Shown in pieces: positions 13,616 through 15,988 of a stretch of 15,988 bases of DNA. The position numbers were made by a program, and so were the translations under genes. Position 1 is the stretch's first letter. Each line of letters starts with the position of its first letter. The stretch comes from a virus. Its lineage: Duplodnaviria > Heunggongvirae > Uroviricota > Caudoviricetes. Below the pieces are notes generated by a model that had not been told where the DNA came from, did not search any database, and saw nothing but the letters and a program-made list of their open reading frames with translations. The DNA lies in IMG/VR virus record IMGVR_UViG_2585427750_000018, positions 1 to 15,988 of that record. One strand, given 5' to 3'.

Positions 13616-14332
13616 ATGTCTGCTTTGTATGAACGCTCACAGCTGACGCAGGTGATGATTTCATCTGCCCCGGCGACTGCTGAAACTATGGATAAGGCGG
13701 AATATCTGCGCCTGGACTGCACCATCAAGGAAGTCCAGTTCACCGCCGGTCAGAAACAGGATATTGATGTGACCACGCTCTGCTCCACAGAGCAGGAGAA
13801 CATCAACGGTCTGGGGGCGTCGTCCGAGATTTCCATGTCGGGTAATTTTTATCTGAATCAGGCCCAGAACGCCCTGCGTGATGCCTATGACAATGACACG
13901 GTGTATGCGTTTAAGGTGCAGTTTCCGTCCGGTAAGGGCTTTAAGTTCCTGGCGGAAGTGCGTCAGCACACCTGGTCATCCGGTACCAACGGCGTGGTGG
14001 CTGCAACGTTTTCACTTCGCCTGAAGGGTAAACCGGTGTCCTATGTGGTACCGCTGGCGTTTGTAAAAAATCTGGAGAAGACACTTACCATGAATACCGG
14101 TGCGCTGCTGACAATGTCAGTCAGTGTCAACGGGGGAACGCCGCCTTATAAACACGCCTGGAAGAAGGATGGTCAGCCGGTAGAGGGACAGACTACTGAC
14201 ACTTTCAGTAAAGCCAATACGCAGTCAGGTGATAAGGGGGCTTATACCTGCGAGGTAACGGATTCTGCAGAACAGCCGCAGAGCATTACCTCTGATGCGT
14301 GTACAGTAACGGTTAATGGTGCGGGCGGATAA
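13616..14332 (+). CDS. Major tail (tube) protein with C-terminal Ig-like domain
   Basis: 238 aa with a strong RBS. The C-terminal ~90 aa (GGTPPYKHAWKKDGQPVEGQTTDTFSKANTQSGDKGAYTCEVTD...ACTVTV) has an Ig-like pattern, as on lambda gpV-type tail tube proteins. Confidence 0.8.
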   Translation: MSALYERSQLTQVMISSAPATAETMDKAEYLRLDCTIKEVQFTAGQKQDIDVTTLCSTEQENINGLGASSEISMSGNFYLNQAQNALRDAYDNDTVYAFKVQFPSGKGFKFLAEVRQHTWSSGTNGVVAATFSLRLKGKPVSYVVPLAFVKNLEKTLTMNTGALLTMSVSVNGGTPPYKHAWKKDGQPVEGQTTDTFSKANTQSGDKGAYTCEVTDSAEQPQSITSDACTVTVNGAGG

Positions 14333-14337
14333 GGCTT

Positions 14338-14712
14338 ATGGCAAAAGATCTGAAAACACTGGCGCTGGCCAGACTGTCGGGGTTCCGTCATAAAACGGTG
14401 AAGGTGCCAGAATGGAGAAATGTCAGCGTGGTGCTGCGGGAGCCTTCGGCAGAGGCCTGGTATCTGTGGCAGGAAGTGCTCAATGGTGATGGAGAGGATG
14501 ACGATACCCTGTCGGTGGTGGCGAAAACCCGCCGTAACCTGGAAGCGGATGTGACGCTGTTCTGCGATGTCCTGTGTGATACTGACCTGCAACGGGTGTT
14601 CACTCCGGACGACCGTGAGCAGGTGCTGGCCGTCTATGGTCCGGTACATGCCCGGTTGCTGCGTCAGGCACTGGAACTGATCGCTGATGCAGAGTCGGCC
14701 AGAAAAAAGTAG
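14338..14712 (+). CDS. Tail assembly chaperone (lambda gpG analogue)
   Basis: 124-aa acidic protein directly upstream of the tape measure gene, ending at a slippery heptamer immediately before its stop codon. Confidence 0.8.
   Translation: MAKDLKTLALARLSGFRHKTVKVPEWRNVSVVLREPSAEAWYLWQEVLNGDGEDDDTLSVVAKTRRNLEADVTLFCDVLCDTDLQRVFTPDDREQVLAVYGPVHARLLRQALELIADAESARKK
14703..14709 (+). promoter_or_regulatory. Programmed -1 ribosomal frameshift site A_AAA_AAG (G to G-T fusion)
   Basis: Heptamer A AAA AAG in the G frame, immediately 5' of the TAG stop. The -1 frame is open from here to 15017. Confidence 0.7.
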
Positions 14713-15017
14713 CCCGCCCGGAAATTCGCTTTCTGATGCGACTTGCGCTCCGTCTGGGGCGCACCTTATCCGAACTGCGGCACAGCCTGAGTGCGAGCGA
14801 GGCGATGATGTGGATGGAGTTCGACAGGGTATCCCCGCTGGGTGATGAGCGCGGGGATATCCGTAATGCACAGATCGTGAAAGCGGTTTTCGGGGCACAG
14901 GGGATGAATGTTGCACTGAAGGACGCCATGCTCTGCTGGGGCGAGGATGAGGATAAGCCGGAGGTGGATCCGTTTGCGGCGCTGGAAGACGCGCTGAGCT
15001 TTGCAGCAATGTCATAA
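14709..15017 (+). CDS. Tail assembly chaperone T-domain extension (lambda gpT analogue), expressed as a G-T fusion by -1 frameshift
   Basis: The -1 frame reads VARPEIRFLMRLALRLGRTLSELRHS... through to TAA 15015-15017. Conserved position between G and the tape measure gene. Confidence 0.7.
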   Translation, partial: VARPEIRFLMRLALRLGRTLSELRHSLSASEAMMWMEFDRVSPLGDERGDIRNAQIVKAVFGAQGMNVALKDAMLCWGEDEDKPEVDPFAALEDALSFAAMS

Positions 15018-15026
15018 ATAATGATG

Positions 15027-15052
15027 AAAACCTGCTGTGGCAGGTTTTTTTT
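15027..15052 (+). terminator. Terminator-like hairpin between the chaperone and tape measure genes
   Basis: AAAACCTGC-TGTG-GCAGGTTTT followed by a T-run. Confidence 0.45.
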
Positions 15053-15068
15053 GCCCGGAGAAAGGTGA

Positions 15069-15988
15069 ATGGCGACGTTACGTGAACTGATTATCAAAAT
15101 TTCGGCAAATTCACAGTCATTCCAGTCGGAGATCCAGCGGGCGTCCCGTATGGGCAGTGAATATTACCGGACCCTGCAGAATGGCGGGCGTCAGGCCGCT
15201 GCGGCAGCCCGGGAGCAGCGACGTGCCCTGGCTGAGCTGAACAGCCAGTTGACGGAAATTCGCGGTTCTGCTGTCGGAATGGCTGGCGCATTTGCCGGTG
15301 CCTTTGCCACCGGACACCTGATTTCTCTGGCCGATGAATGGAGTTCCGTGAATGCCCGACTGAAACAGGCGTCGCAGTCATTCGATGAATTTTCGTCATC
15401 ACAGAAAGTGCTGATGGATATCAGCCAGCGGACGGGCACGGCATTTTCGGATAATGCGGCCCTGTTTGCCCGTTCGGCTGCCTCAATGCGTGAATATGGT
15501 TACAGTGCCGGTGATGTACTGAAGGTGACGGAGGCCATTTCGACAGGGCTGAAAATATCCGGTGCCAGTACGGCAGAGGCGGGCTCGGGGATCACCCAGT
15601 TCAGCCAGGCGCTGGCACAGGGGGTGTTACGGGGGGAGGAATTTAATTCGGTCAATGAAAGCGGAGACCGGATCATACGTGCACTGGCTGCGGGTATGGG
15701 CGTGGCCCGTAAAGACCTTAAGGCGATGGCGGACGACGGCAAACTGACGGCGGATAAAGTCGTTCCTGCGTTAATCAGCCAGCTGGGGGTATTGCGTGAT
15801 GAATATGCCGCCATGCCGGAAACGGTCTCTGACGGGATCACAAAGGTGGAAAACGCCTTTATGGCCTGGGTGGGTGGCGCGAATGAAGCCAGCGGAGCGA
15901 CGAAAACGCTCTCCGGCGTGCTGAACGGTGTTGCCGGTAATATTGATAATGTGGCAACAGCCGCGGGGGCGCTGGTTGCCGTCGGGGT
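15069..15988 (+). CDS. Tail tape measure protein, N-terminal part (3'-truncated by window edge)
   Basis: ATG 15069 with GGAG RBS; open to the end of the window. Translation MATLRELIIKISANSQSFQSEIQRA...AEAGSGITQFSQALAQGVLRGEEFNSVNESGDRIIRALAAGMG has the typical tape-measure N-terminal domain. Not in the ORF track because it has no stop. Confidence 0.85.
   Translation, partial: MATLRELIIKISANSQSFQSEIQRASRMGSEYYRTLQNGGRQAAAAAREQRRALAELNSQLTEIRGSAVGMAGAFAGAFATGHLISLADEWSSVNARLKQASQSFDEFSSSQKVLMDISQRTGTAFSDNAALFARSAASMREYGYSAGDVLKVTEAISTGLKISGASTAEAGSGITQFSQALAQGVLRGEEFNSVNESGDRIIRALAAGMGVARKDLKAMADDGKLTADKVVPALISQLGVLRDEYAAMPETVSDGITKVENAFMAWVGGANEASGATKTLSGVLNGVAGNIDNVATAAGALVAVG

Noticed and set aside
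14242-15097. Minus-strand ORFs (257 aa and 165 aa) overlapping the major tail, G and T genes
   Set aside because: They are antisense to a conserved plus-strand gene order (tail tube, G, G-T, tape measure). They have Pro/Arg/Ser-rich composition typical of spurious ORFs in GC-rich DNA and no RBS context.

Overview
This window reads as the late region of an HK97-like lambdoid siphovirus prophage from an enterobacterium, nearly all on the + strand. In order: (1) the 3' end of an upstream gene and a terminator; (2) a phage-21-type lysis cassette (S21-like pinholin, SAR endolysin, Rz/Rz1 spanins) interrupted by two AT-rich unrecognised genes between holin and endolysin; (3) a moron encoding a lipoprotein with a TonB C-terminal-like domain, where lambda carries bor; (4) a DUF3950-like gene on the - strand, an HNH endonuclease, and a probable cos/packaging region with GTTAACAT inverted repeats; (5) terminase small and large subunits, both apparently lesioned (in-frame TAG in TerS, two frameshifts in TerL); (6) a prohead protease-major capsid fusion, portal, and a protein built from near-identical 162-bp tandem repeats; (7) head-tail connector, head closure, gp10-like, tail terminator, major tail protein with Ig-like C-terminus, G/G-T chaperones with an A_AAA_AAG slippery site, and the start of the tape measure protein. 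The best candidates for an undescribed system are the two-gene insertion inside the lysis cassette and the TonB-CTD lipoprotein moron. All assignments rest on reading the translations and on recalled family features; no database search was run.
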